The position numbers and the translations under genes are program-made. Positions 44,645-56,894 of a stretch of DNA of 64,000 bases are shown piece by piece. This DNA comes from Octopus bimaculoides. Taxonomy: Eukaryota. The notes beneath the pieces are model-generated. The model was not told the origin of the DNA, made no database searches, and saw nothing but the letters and a program-made list of their open reading frames with translations. The stretch's first letter is position 1. Each line of letters opens with the position of its first letter. The stretch is from assembly GCF_001194135.2 (NCBI RefSeq), contig NC_068983.1:6026600-6090599 (forward strand), given 5' to 3'.

Positions 44645-45215
44645 CCTAATATTGACACAAGGTCGGCAATTTTGATAGCATGCGGTAAGTGGGTTGTATC
44701 GATGCCAATGCTAACAGATGTTCATTTTATTGACCCAGATATGAGGAAAAGCACAGTTGACTTTGGTGGTATTTAAACTCAGAGAGTAAAGATCCGAATG
44801 AAACGACAGTAAGCATTTTCTCCGGTATGCTACCGATCTTACTAACTCACCACTTTAACATGAAATCTAAATTATGTTATATAACGTGTCCTTTCATTTG
44901 TTTAAGACGGTAGAATGTGATTTGAAGGAGGTTTAGCTGATCGAATGACCACATTAAGGATCCCTGGCTGTCACATTAAACGGTCAGCATTAGAAATGAT
45001 TTGTTGGTAATCGAACATTCGATAAATATGTGCTTATCGATTTCTAACATAACCACACAGTCTCAGGTTTGGTGGATAGTTATAGTCGATTTGATAGAAC
45101 TCAATACTCTGATGCCATTTTAACTTATCGACCCCGAAAGAATGAAAGGGCATTAGCACTATTTTAACCTAAAACTTAAGAGACAGTAACTAGGCAGAGA
45201 GAGAGAGAGATTTTG
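44645..45215 (-). mobile_element. Two diverged SINE family C copies
   Basis: AGTTGACTTTGGTGGTATTTAAACTCAGA..AAGCATTTTC and TATCGACCCCGAAAGAATGAAAGG. Confidence 0.65.
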
Positions 45216-46928
45216 TTCAATCAAACGCTACACTGCCAATCCGTTGACCAATGATCTTACTATGGCGTGTTGGGTCGGGGAGGGGCGAAAATAGCAAAGG
45301 ATAGGAAATGATACAGAGAATGGATTTCCACACCGAATGCATTCTTATGTCTAATTACGTCCCATTCTTTTCTGAGTTCAATTTCCCGAGGATCCAGTCT
45401 TATTCTTATCTCCAAAGGCCATAACATACCTGGTGGCAGATCAGTGATTTGCAGGATTTTGCTGAAAAACCGGCGCAGATGGTTTGTGCTGTGCACATTT
45501 GTGTTGTGCCTTACTTCACTCCCTCCATCAAATCAACATTGTCTGTACAGCTACGTGAGTGTGCCGTACGTCAGATGTGGAAATGATCACGTAGCAGCGT
45601 GAAACGAAGTGTTTTGCTCAAGAACACAACGTACTACGCGAACCTGGAATCGAAACTATGTAGCACTCATCTCATAAGGCCGTGCCCTTCACACAACAAC
45701 GTATCTACCAATCGATTGGTGTAACCAGTCACCCCTTAAAGCGTTTCATGGAACAAATCAACCCTAGTACTTATATTTTAAGCTTCATATTTATTCTAAT
45801 GATTTGTTTTACAAACGGTAGGGAGAACAAACACAAACACACACACACATTATATATATATGTATATATATATATATATTCTCTGCCCTTATTCTTGTAT
45901 ATATATATATATATATATATATNNNNNNNNNNNNNNNNNNNNNNNNNNNNNNNNNNNNNNNNNNNNNNNNNNNNNNNNNNNNNNNNNNNNNNNNNNNNNN
46001 NNNNNNNNNNNTAATGTGTGCGCATATATAGTATAAAGTTAAGCGGTTGTAATCTCTTTTTTTTTAACAGTTTATTCCTAACATACCATCATACAATCAA
46101 TTGGGAAACATTTTAACGAAACAAAGCTACAAATATCTGATTCATTATAGTATTCAGCTAGTAATCTACAAACGCTGTTATCTTGCTGCACCTATTAGAC
46201 GACATGGTATGTTTAATCAGAGGGGAAAATGTTTATACTGATTAGTTTTAGTAAATCTGTAATTTCTGCAATTGTATTGTTCTTCCCGTTTCTGTCGATT
46301 CTCCATAACGAACGATGTAAGTATTGAAAAAGTTTCATTGTCGACTAGTTTGTTTACAAAATATCTACACCTTCCAATTCTATGCCATATATACTTGTAT
46401 TCTCCGCTTTTTGATATATATATATATATATATATAAATTCATACAGATATAGGGTAAAAATTAATAATTAATTAATAGTTAGTAATTTTAACAAATAGT
46501 TTGGTGTGTTAAAAAAACATTATCGGTAAACTTATAATTATAAAGATAATTAAAATTAGGGTTCAGCAAAAATTGCTTCACCACACACAGAAAATTAGAA
46601 ATAGCAGCCAAAACTACTATATCTCTACCAAAATATAACTCCCAAAACACCAATACTCGCAACTACCAACGCAAAAAGGAAAAAATAACGAATCTATCCG
46701 GCCTTGATNNNNNNNNNNNNNNNNNNNNNNNNNNNNNNNNNNNNNNNNNNNNNNNNNNNNNNNNNNNNNNNNNNNNNNNNNNNNNNNNNNNNNNNNNNNN
46801 NNNNNNNNNNNNNNNNNNNNNNNNNNNNNNNNNNNNNNNNNNNNNNNNNNNNNNNNNNNNNNNNNNNNNNNNNNNNNNNNNNNNNNNNNNNNNNNNNNNN
46901 NNNNNNNNNNNNNNNNNNNNNNNNNNNN

Positions 46929-47047
46929 NGAGTGATCCAGGCTCGGAGTGATCCAGGCTCGGAGTGATCCAGGCTCGGAGTGATCCAGGCTCGGAGTGAT
47001 CCAGGCTCGGAGTGATCCAGTCTCGGAGTGATCCAGGCTCGGAGTGC
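46929..47047. repeat. GC-rich 16-bp minisatellite (GGAGTGATCCAGGCTC)n, extending into a gap
   Basis: About 7 near-perfect units are visible after the 46709-46929 gap. The left gap edge (..GAT) is compatible with the unit. Confidence 0.9.
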
Positions 47048-47223
47048 TCCTTGAATTGCACCTGGGGGGTACTCTCCTTATTGGAGAATCTGATTCTTTT
47101 TTGTTTTGCTCTTTTATGTTTTTGTTATCATAAATCGCCACATGCGTGGGGAACAGCGAGATTCAAGACGGTGACTTTCGTATTTACTCTTTATATGTTC
47201 TGGAAGATTCGAACATGAATGGG

Positions 47224-47442
47224 TTAATCGCTGTTGTGTTCATCACGGAACAGCTCCTCCCTTACGACGAATATGAGTTCCCAACACACTCGATTCATTA
47301 GTACAAGGGATTCTGGGACATCGAGTTTTCGACAGGTTATGACACGTCAGAATTCCTTGTACTAAGAAATCTAATGCGTTATGAATACATATTCCTTGTA
47401 AGACAAGAGCTGTTCTTCTGCGACGAACACAACGGCGATTAA
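47224..47442. mobile_element. 219-bp foldback element bounded by TTAA
   Basis: Outer arms 47224-47280 and 47383-47442 and inner arms 47292-47315 and 47348-47371 are reverse complements. TTAA at 47224-27 and 47439-42. Confidence 0.75.
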
Positions 47443-47599
47443 CATATTTATATTAGAAGCTGCCGCTACGTATTAGGATCAAACGTGCCAGTCACCATTT
47501 GTTGTCATCAATTTTCATATTAATTGCTATTGTTTTCAGAGCATAGGTAAATCCTAGTTGTCCTAAATAGTTTTACAGACCATGTGACTAATAAACAAA

Positions 47600-48790
47600 G
47601 TATTGAGCTGACAGAATCGTTAACACGCCGGGCAAAATGCTTAGCGGTATTTTGCTTGTCGTACGTTCTAAGTTCAAATTCCGCCGAGGTCGACTTTGCC
47701 TTTCATCCTTTCGGGGTCGATAAATTAAGTACCAGTTACACACTGAGGTCGATGTAATAAACTAGTTCCCTCCACTCAAATTTCAGGCATTGTGCCTTTA
47801 TGAGGAAGGATTACCATTATGATGATAACGAAGGCGGGTAGGTCGCGGAATGATTGCCACACTGGACAAAATGCGTTCAAATTCCGCCGAGTTCGTCTTT
47901 GTCTTTCATCCTTTCGGGAGTCAATAGAATAAGCACCAGCTAAGCACTGAGGTCGATGTAATCGACTTCTCTCACCACAACATTTCTTATCATAGAAAGA
48001 ATTATATATGATGACTACGGCATTCAGTTGTGGAGGGACATGGCCTAGTGGTTAGAGCAGCGGACATGCGGTCGAGGGATCACGGGTTCGAATCTCAGAG
48101 TTTATGAGCAAAACACCTAAGCTCAACGCGGCTCCGACAGGAAGGTAATGGCGAATTTCTGCTGACTCTTTCGCCACAACTTTTTCTCACTCTTTCCTCC
48201 TGCATCTAGCAGCTCACCTACGACGGACCGACATCTCGTCCAGGTGGGGAGCCTATACGCCAATGAAACCGGGAAACCGGCCCTTATGAGCCAGGCATGG
48301 CTCGAGAAGGAACAAACAACAACAACAACAACGACAGCATTCAGTTAGCAAAATCGTTAGCAAGCCAGGAGAATGCTTCGCAGCATTTTTTTCCGGCTTT
48401 ACGTTTTGAGTTCAAACTGCGCCAAAATCGACTTTGCTTTTCATACTTTCGGGATCGATAAAATTAGTAGCAGCAGAGCATTGGGGCTGATGCAACAGAC
48501 TTAACACCTTCCCTAGAATTACTGGTCTTGTGACATAATTTGAAATCATTATTATTAGGATGACTGAAGGGATAGAGTGCGCAGAATCGTTATCAAGCTG
48601 GACGAAATGCTTAGCTGTATTTCGCCCGTTGCTACGTTCTGAGTTCAAATTCCGCCAAGGTTGACTTTGTCTTTCATCCTTTCAGTGGGGTCGATAAATT
48701 AAGTACCAGTGTAACACTGGGGTCGATGTATTCGACAATCCCCCTCCCCACAAAATCCAGGCCTTGTTCCTATAGTAGAAAGTATTATTA
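47600..48790 (+). mobile_element. Cluster of four family C copies (about 47600-47812, 47832-48000, 48337-48550, 48575-48790) with a nested family B copy
   Basis: Repeated GTTCAAATTCCGCC..GACTTTG(C/T)CTTTCATCCTTTC..GGTCGATGTAAT cores, all on the plus strand. Confidence 0.88.
48031..48336 (+). mobile_element. SINE family B, full length, (AAC)n tail, 10-bp TSD
   Basis: A-box TGGCCTAGTGGTTAG and B-box GGTTCGAATCTC. TSD GCATTCAGTT at 48020-29 and 48337-46. Confidence 0.9.
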
Positions 48791-50432
48791 TTAGGATGGC
48801 TACGATTACAGTGACGATTCTGTTATTGTTGTTGGTGTCATTGTTGCTTGGCTTCAAGTCGGACCACATCGAGCTGACTTCGATCAAATCCATTCCAGAT
48901 GTGACCTTCTATACTTTACATCATATACAGAATATCTAACACTACAGTATCAAAATAACAACCGAAAATCTTTCTAATGAAATATCGTTTTCTTAACAAT
49001 TTGAAGACCTTTGTAGGCCATTACATAAATATCAGATATCATTTCTAGCAGGTCGAGGAAGATTTAGCAGAATTAAGTAATAAGAATCATGTGCAAGAAC
49101 CTCAGTAGGAACTTTTGGTAAATTTGGCATTTTACATGCTAAAATAGACAATCCAATTCACCAGATTCTTCATCTCAGTATCTGTTATGCAGCCATATTG
49201 CTATTATAAAATTTTCATTGCTTTGCCATTTTAACTTCTACTTTTTATATGTCTTTATATTTCTCAACATCTTAAAATTACCGTTTCCAAGCATTTCTGA
49301 ATATATATTATATATATATATATATNNNNNNNNNNNNNNNNNNNNNNNNNNNNNNNNNNNNNNNNNNNNNNNNNNNNNNNNNNNNNNNNNNNNNNNNNNN
49401 NNNNNNNNNNNNNNNNNNNNNNNNNNNNNNNNNNNNNNNNNNNNNNNNNNNNNNNNNNNNNNNNNNNNNNNNNNNNNNNNNNNNNNNNNNNNNNNNNNNN
49501 NNNNNNNNNNNNNNNNNNNNNNNNNNNNNNNNNNNNNNNNNNNNNNNNNNNNNNNNNNNNNNNNNNNNNNNNNNNNNNNNNNNNNNNNNNNNNNNNNNNN
49601 NNNNNNNNNNNNNNNNNNNNNNNNNNNNNNNNNNNNNNNNNNNNNNNATATATATATATGGTTATTTAATTTATTTAATAAATTCGATTGACGTGGATAA
49701 TATATAGTATATTGCCATTCAATTCTTATGGCCTAGATGAGTGTAACGTTCGTGTGTCTGTAAATTTGACTGTTTTTGAACATTTGCACATATATATATA
49801 TATATATGTTTGTATCTATGTATCTATGTATGTATTTATATATGTATGTATGTGTGTGTGTGAATGTGTTTATGTGAGAGCTCTTATGTGAATGCGTTTG
49901 TCTATGTGGAAATCATTATCTTTAGATATGGAGATATGACATAAACTGTCTTCATATCTGTCTACGGCATCAATAATCTTTATTTTCCTTTGTGTTTCTC
50001 CCCCTTATATCACGCACACGCACACACACATATACCACACGCACGCATACACAATCACACCCACACACACCTTTCGTTTTCTATCTCGTTATACATCGCA
50101 CTATCTCTCCCGTTATCGCACACCTCAATTCTCTTCTTCCTCTCTCTCCCCATGCTTAGATTGAGCTTATCCCCTTTCTTACACCGCCCTTCATCTCAAA
50201 CTCTTCTTTTTACATTTCCTCACTTTCACCATTCCTCCGATATTCTCCATTTTCTTTTTTTAAACATATAACTCTTTATTTCTGCCTCTTATCTCCGATT
50301 CCTTTGCCCCTCCTTTTCTATCTCACTTTGCGATAAACTTCTATGTATATATACATACATAATTACGTACATTACATACATACATACACATACACACACA
50401 CACACACACATACACACACATANNNNNNNNNN

Positions 50433-50468
<36 letters not shown>

Positions 50469-52156
50469 TAGATATAGATATAGATATATACCACACACAT
50501 ATATATATGTACATATTTATATGTATGCGTATATATACAAGTATATATGTATATAAATATATATATTCGTATNNNNNNNNNNNNNNNNNNNNNNNNNNNN
50601 NNNNNNNNNNNNNNNNNNNNNNNNNNNNNNNNNNNNNNNNNNNNNNNNNNNNNNNNNNNNNNNNNNNNNNNNNNNNNNNNNNNNNNNNNNNNNNNNNNNN
50701 NNNNNNNNNNNNNNNNNNNNNNNNNNNNNNNNNNNNNNNNNNNNNNNNNNNNNNNNNNNNNNNNNNNNNNNNNNNNNNNNNNNNNNNNNNNNNNNNNNNN
50801 NNNNNNNNNNNNNNNNNNNNNNNNNNNNNNNNNNNNNNNNNNNNNNNNNNNNNNNNNNNNNNNNNNNNNNNNNNNNNNNNNNNNNNNNNNNNNNNNNNNN
50901 NNNNNNNNNNNNNNNNNNNNNNNNNNNNNNNNNNNNNNNNNNNNNNNNNNNNNNNNNNNNNNNNNNNNNNNNNNNNNNNNNNNNNNNNNNNNNNNNNNNN
51001 NNNNNNNNNNNNNNNNNNNNNNNNNNNNNNNNNNNNNNNNNNNNNNNNNNNNNNNNNNNNNNNNNNNNNNNNNNNNNNNNNNNNNNNNNNNNNNNNNNNN
51101 NNNNNNNNNNNNNNNNNNNNNNNNNNNNNNNNNNNNNNNNNNNNNNNNNNNNNNNNNNNNNNNNNNNNNNNNNNNNNNNNNNNNNNNNNNNNNNNNNNNN
51201 NNNNNNNNNNNNNNNNNNNNNNNNNNNNNNNNNNNNNNNNNNNNNNNNNNNNNNNNNNNNNNNNNNNNNNNNNNNNNNNNNNNNNNNNNNNNNNNNNNNN
51301 NNNNNNNNNNNNNNNNNNNNNNNNNNNNNNNNNNNNNNNNNNNNNNNNNNNNNNNNNNNNNNNNNNNNNNNNNNNNNNNNNNNNNNNNNNNNNNNNNNNN
51401 NNNNNNNNNNNNNNNNNNNNNNNNNNNNNNNNNNNNNNNNNNNNNNNNNNNNNNNNNNNNNNNNNNATATATACTTTAAAATAGTTTTGCTTATATTTCT
51501 TTCTCTTATACACTTCCTTATGCATAGAGATAAATGTATATTCGCATGTAGGCATTTACATATCAATCTGTCTATCTATCTATCTATCTTTCTATCTATC
51601 TATCTATCTATCTACCTATCTATATTCCTACCTACCTACCGACCGACCGACCTACCTACTTAGCTATTAAGAGAAAGAAAGGTAAAATAGACTTCGAAGG
51701 AAAACGAAAGAAAGATAGAATATATGTATATACGCATGTACACGTGCACACACAAACACACACATATTCATACATTTATGCATAAACGCATATATATACA
51801 TAACTTCGTGTGCATGCATATATGTATATTTGTATACATATATATATCCGTTCGTTTTCATGTGTGTATCTGTAGATAGAAATTAATATGGCGGTATATG
51901 TTTAAATATATATATACTCACACATGTATTGTATTTAAGCATGTATAACTATATAAACGTATATGCAAATGTGTCTCCTTATACGTATATCTATGTGTAT
52001 ATATGCGTATATATTCTCCATGCATTCAATTAGATGCATAACTATAAGTATGTGCATTATGATCAGGGTATGCGAATTTGAGTGATTGGTCGTGTGTGAG
52101 TGTGTGTGGCGGAACTGCTTATGCGCATTTGTCTAGATTTGAATGTTTCGGTCGAA

Positions 52157-52265
<109 letters not shown>

Positions 52266-52303
52266 TATATATGTATTGAGAAACACACACACAATTCTCT
52301 ATC

Positions 52304-52334
<31 letters not shown>

Positions 52335-52450
52335 CTATGCATTTGTATCTCTGTGTGAATATGTGTATATGTGTGTATGCTTGTGCTTGCAGATTTCTGT
52401 GTGAGTGAGTGCGTGTGTGCGTGCCAGTATGTGTTTTTGTGAGTGTGTGT

Positions 52451-52494
<44 letters not shown>

Positions 52495-52580
52495 AATCGA
52501 ATAAAACTTTATGCATATACATGTACGAACATATGATATTGATAGATAGATAGATAGATATATTTACATATATATGCATG

Positions 52581-52627
<47 letters not shown>

Positions 52628-53426
52628 ATTGGTATATCTTAGTACACACACACCCCCACACACACATACATGCACACACACGCACACACACTCACACAAA
52701 CGAACGTGCATACACATATAACATTGCCAAAGCTAAAATGGTAATCGATGTAAAAACAGCCCCCACAAAAAGCACATTAAAAAGAGGGGGGGGGAGATTT
52801 AAGAAAAATTTCACTTTTCCCCTTGTATTGTAAACGTAACTCCATTATAGAATTACGTGTTCAATTGTGAACGATAACACACATGCACACACAGACACGC
52901 ATATGTCTATACATATATGTCTATGTATATATACATATCTATGTGTGTATAATAAGTATATATANNNNNNNNNNNNNNNNNNNNNNNNNNNNNNNNNNNN
53001 NNNNNNNNNNNNNNNNNNNNNNNNNNNNNNNNNNNNNNNNNNNNNNNNNNNNNNNNNNNNNNNNNNNNNNNNNNNNNNNNNNNNNNNNNNNNNNNNNNNN
53101 NNNNNNNNNNNNNNNNNNNNNNNNNNNNNNNNNNNNNNNNNNNNNNNNNNNNNNNNNNNNNNNNNNNNNNNNNNNNNNNNNNNNNNNNNNNNNNNNNNNN
53201 NNNNNNNNNNNNNNNNNNNNNNNNNNNNNNNNNNNNNNNNNNNNNNNNNNNNNNNNNNNNNNNNNNNNNNNNNNNNNNNNNNNNNNNNNNNNNNNNNNNN
53301 NNNNNNNNNNNNNNNNNNNNNNNNNNNNNNNNNNNNNNNNNNNNNNNNNNNNNNNNNNNNNNNNNNNNNNNNNNNNNNNNNNNNNNNNNNNNNNNNNNNN
53401 NNNNNNNNNNNNNNNNNNNNNNNNNN

Positions 53427-53931
53427 ATAATGAGGTAGGACCGCCTTTGGCAGTAGTTACAGCTTCAGTTCTACGAGCTATGGACTCGTACAAAGCTTGA
53501 AGTGTTTCCAAGGGAATTTTTGTCCATTCTTCAGCTAAAACAGTCTCCAGTTCTTGTAGTGATGACGGTAGAGGATATCGACTCCTTACTTGTTTTCCTA
53601 AAAAGCACCATAAATGTTCAATAATATTGAGATCTGGGGACTGTGGTGGCCAGATAGAATGTTCCCCGTGCCATTCAGTAACAACTTTAGCAGTGTGAAT
53701 TGCTGCATTATCATCTTGAAAGATTGCGTTTCCCCCCAGAAACAGTTCCGCAACCACAGGATGAATTTGAATAGATAAAATGCTTAAACAGATAAAATGC
53801 TTAAATAATTTCGACAAGGAAGTTTTTCCCTCTTTCTCAAATACTGTCATTTCGGCTGTTTTCGTTACGCTAGCACCTACCATACGAGCACCAACAATTT
53901 GATCTCTTTGAAAGTCCGATAGATCTTCCAT
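53427..53931 (-). pseudogene. Tc1-family transposase deletion derivative (N-terminus fused in frame to the C-terminal catalytic half)
   Basis: MEDLSDFQRDQIVGARMVGASVTKTAE N-terminus, then IFQDDNAAIHTAK..WPPQSPDLNIIEHLW..EEWTKIP..AKGGPT C-terminus. The first catalytic Asp region is missing. The ORF runs into a gap. Confidence 0.9.
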
Positions 53932-54328
53932 TTTAATGAATTTTAATTACTTTTTTCTGATGATATGTGAAAAGAAACAGCAATTTTAGCAAAACATATT
54001 AAGCAACACTAATAATAAACCAAAAAACAAAGCGCACCTAGAAATACAGGTATATGAAATACCATACAACATAATTCTTGATTTATTAAAATTATCTCTC
54101 TGCCTGTGAAAAATATATTTCAAAATTACGAAACGATAATTAAGTCCAGTTGAACTTGAGAAGTGGTGATTGGCTCAAGAACCATGAATTCTTCAATTTG
54201 ATATGCCATGATTGAAAAGAATATGTTTATTATCTGGAGAAAAGAGGTTAGTCCCGTATGCCTGTTTCTGCCTCAATAAGTGTCATTAGCGCGACAGTTT
54301 TACAACTTTATGTATGTGTGTGTATGTT

Positions 54329-54415
<87 letters not shown>

Positions 54416-54804
54416 AGAGCAATATATGGGAAGCATACGAGTGTTTATGTTTTGCAAATGCATGCTTTTTTTTTTACTTTGCTAAGATAATGTAGAAAGA
54501 CTTTTCTTTTTACTTGTTCCCCCCTCTTTTTTCTGTTGGTTAAAAATGATATGAACCTGGTTTGTTTCAGTCTTTATTAACACCTTATCAGTAATCGCTT
54601 GCTTAATTTCTCTCTTCACATCGATTATAGTATCTTATAACTTTCTAAAATAATACTCAACTTCGAAGCGATCTAAATTGCACAAGAGAACATTCTTTGG
54701 TAATGTGAATCAATTATGATAGACGTATTGCGTGGTGTTAAGTTACAAATATGACGTAAACAAATGAGCGTTGTAAACGCGCGTTTTATCAGCCGCATTT
54801 TGAG

Positions 54805-54843
54805 ACCGTGATATCAAACCGTGATATCAAACCGTTATATCAA
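54805..54843. repeat. 13-bp tandem triplication ACCGT(G/T)ATATCAA
   Basis: Three units read directly, with one mismatch. Confidence 0.85.
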
Positions 54844-55435
54844 ACAAGATTCTTTAGTCACATTTAAGATACACTTACCAATATAATTTTAGTTTACATC
54901 AACGCTTATCCTATTGCCATTTACTTTTTAATCTTTATTAATTATTTAACCTTTCAAATTTTTAGCTGTTATTCAAGTAAGAGAGACCATTTCAATTTTG
55001 ATCGCGTTTACGTACGTAATGGATTGTAATAGGCTGGTAATTTCTCTCTGTAGATAGAGTATAAGGTACTAATTATTGAAAAGATTCTAATGATCCCATT
55101 TTCTGTCCATAGAGAGGGAACTTAATTTGTGGTTTCACCTCAGCTTCTGATTACTTTTCGTTGCAAGGCTACAAAGTGCGTCTTAACTAAAACTGCAAGC
55201 TTACAGTTTACATATGTGGTTTTATTATGTGTATTTATCTTATGAATATAACTAGATGCATGTATATGTATGAATGCGTATATGTGTGCAAGTGTGTACT
55301 TGTATGTGTGTGTGTATATGTATATATATATATATATATATAGTTCAAGACAAAAGAGAAAACAAAGGAGGAGTACAGGTGAGGGAACAACCAGCAGGTG
55401 TATTAGCTTGACGCTCGGGAAGTATAGAAAAGTCT

Positions 55436-55465
55436 GTGACGTTTCGGGCCTACGCTCTTCGACAG
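55436..55465 (-). ncRNA. Degenerate minimal hammerhead motif (Penelope pLTR type)
   Basis: Minus strand: CTGTCGA-A-GAGC-GTAG-GCCC-GAAA-CGTC-AC. It has a one-base core change (A6 to T), stem II with 3 of 4 pairs, palindromic ACGT stem III and a GTC triplet. Confidence 0.55.
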
Positions 55466-56114
55466 AAAGTGTTGAGAGGTACGGAGAGAACGGAAAAGAA
55501 AAAACCGGAGGTGGAAAAATGTATGCATATATATATGTGTGTGAGAGTGAGTGCGTGTGTGTGCATGCGTGTGTGTGTGTGTATTTGTGTGTGTGTATAT
55601 AAACAATAGTATACAGTAAGATCCATGATGGTAGAATCCGATCAGAGAAGTACATATATATAAATCCAAATAGAGTGCAGTAGGTAAAGTCCAGGCTACA
55701 AATGCTTTCTATCTAGCAGATCGTCTGATGCAATAATTACTGAATGAGGATTACGTGCCTACTGGCAACTTTTTCCGTCTTCTAAAGATAAACATCCAAT
55801 CTTTAGCTGCTATTTTCAATGCTATATTGCGTTCGAAATTTATTTTCTTGTATATATATATATATACAGAGAGAGAGAGAGAGACAGAGAGAGAGGTTAT
55901 GAGTGGTAGTAGTGTCAATTAGACCCAGAGGTTTCAGTTAATGCTGAGTAAGTGCTGTGGATAGACCATCATTAATCTCCAGGTTCGGAAATTATGCGAA
56001 TAAGGGGTCTAACGTAGGTCATATATCAGCGTGTGAATATAAGGAATTACTTTTCGTAATGAGATTTAAAAAAAACCAAGGCTGTGTATATTTTAGAACC
56101 TTTATAAATAGAAG

Positions 56115-56162
56115 GTCTTATAGCTGTTTCGAGGATATTTATTATATCCCTTCATCGGAGAC
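56115..56162 (-). ncRNA. Type I hammerhead motif with CCGAUGA core variant
   Basis: Minus strand: GTCT-CCGATGA-AGGGATAT-AATAA-ATATCCTC-GAAA-CAGCTATA-AGAC. Stem I GTCT/AGAC, stem II GGATAT/ATATCC plus G-T, near-palindromic stem III ACAGCT(A)T. Confidence 0.7.
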
Positions 56163-56664
56163 GGTGTGAGAGGATGGTAAAGCAATAGTTAATTTATATA
56201 TGATAGGAAATAGAGAGTGAATGTAGGGAATATTGTATTTGTAAATCCATTGTTTAGGCAGAATGGTATACATAAAGGATTCCAGTACCTTGTGAGTAAA
56301 ATTCAATAGTCTTTAAGATTGGTCATTTCATTTGTAAATCCATTATTCAGATTCCAATACCCTTTAAACAGAACCCTTGATTCAATAACACTGTGTATAA
56401 ACTCTGTATTTGGAATGACCAATTTCAAAGACTGTTGGATTTTACTCATATGGTATTGGAATCTTAATAATGGATTTACAAAGGCAATGACCAGTCTTAA
56501 AGACTGTTGGAATTTACTCACAAGGTATTGGAATCTTATATGTATACCATTCTGCCAAAACAATGGATCAACAAATACAATATCCCTGCATTCACTCTTT
56601 ATTTCCTATCTTATCAAAACTAACTATTGCTTAACCATCCTCTCACACCGTCTCCGATGAAGGG
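56148..56664. mobile_element. 517-bp foldback: two head-to-head copies of a hammerhead-bearing repeat (candidate Penelope-like pseudo-LTRs)
   Basis: Arms 56148-56361 and 56452-56664 (about 213 bp, roughly 85-90% identical by eye). A 72-bp direct repeat has units at 56414 and 56486. The right copy is truncated inside the HHR at CCGATGAAGGG (56654-64), while the left copy continues through the full HHR. Confidence 0.85.
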
Positions 56665-56798
56665 CTAGTGTTTGTATTATAGTCCCAGACCAACCAAAGC
56701 CTTGTGAGTAGATTTCTTGACGAAAACTGAATGAAGCAGTCGTATCTGTCTTTCTGTCTGTCAGTCTATCGTGTGTAGACAGATAGATAAATAGATAA

Positions 56799-56831
<33 letters not shown>

Positions 56832-56843
56832 TAGATAAAATGG

Positions 56844-56894
<51 letters not shown>

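Noticed and set aside
46929-47047. CRISPR-like regular repeat
   Set aside because: Contiguous 16-bp units with no unique spacers, no cas genes, and an animal genome. The same applies to the 39-bp and 85-bp arrays.
53957-53985. CTGATGA...GAAAC hammerhead-like core
   Set aside because: No stem I, II or III pairing; it lies in an AT-rich transposon leader.
56303-56660. ORFs with a 24-aa repeat (possible LRR)
   Set aside because: No LxxLxLxxN pattern; the periodicity comes from the 72-bp DNA repeat inside the inverted element.
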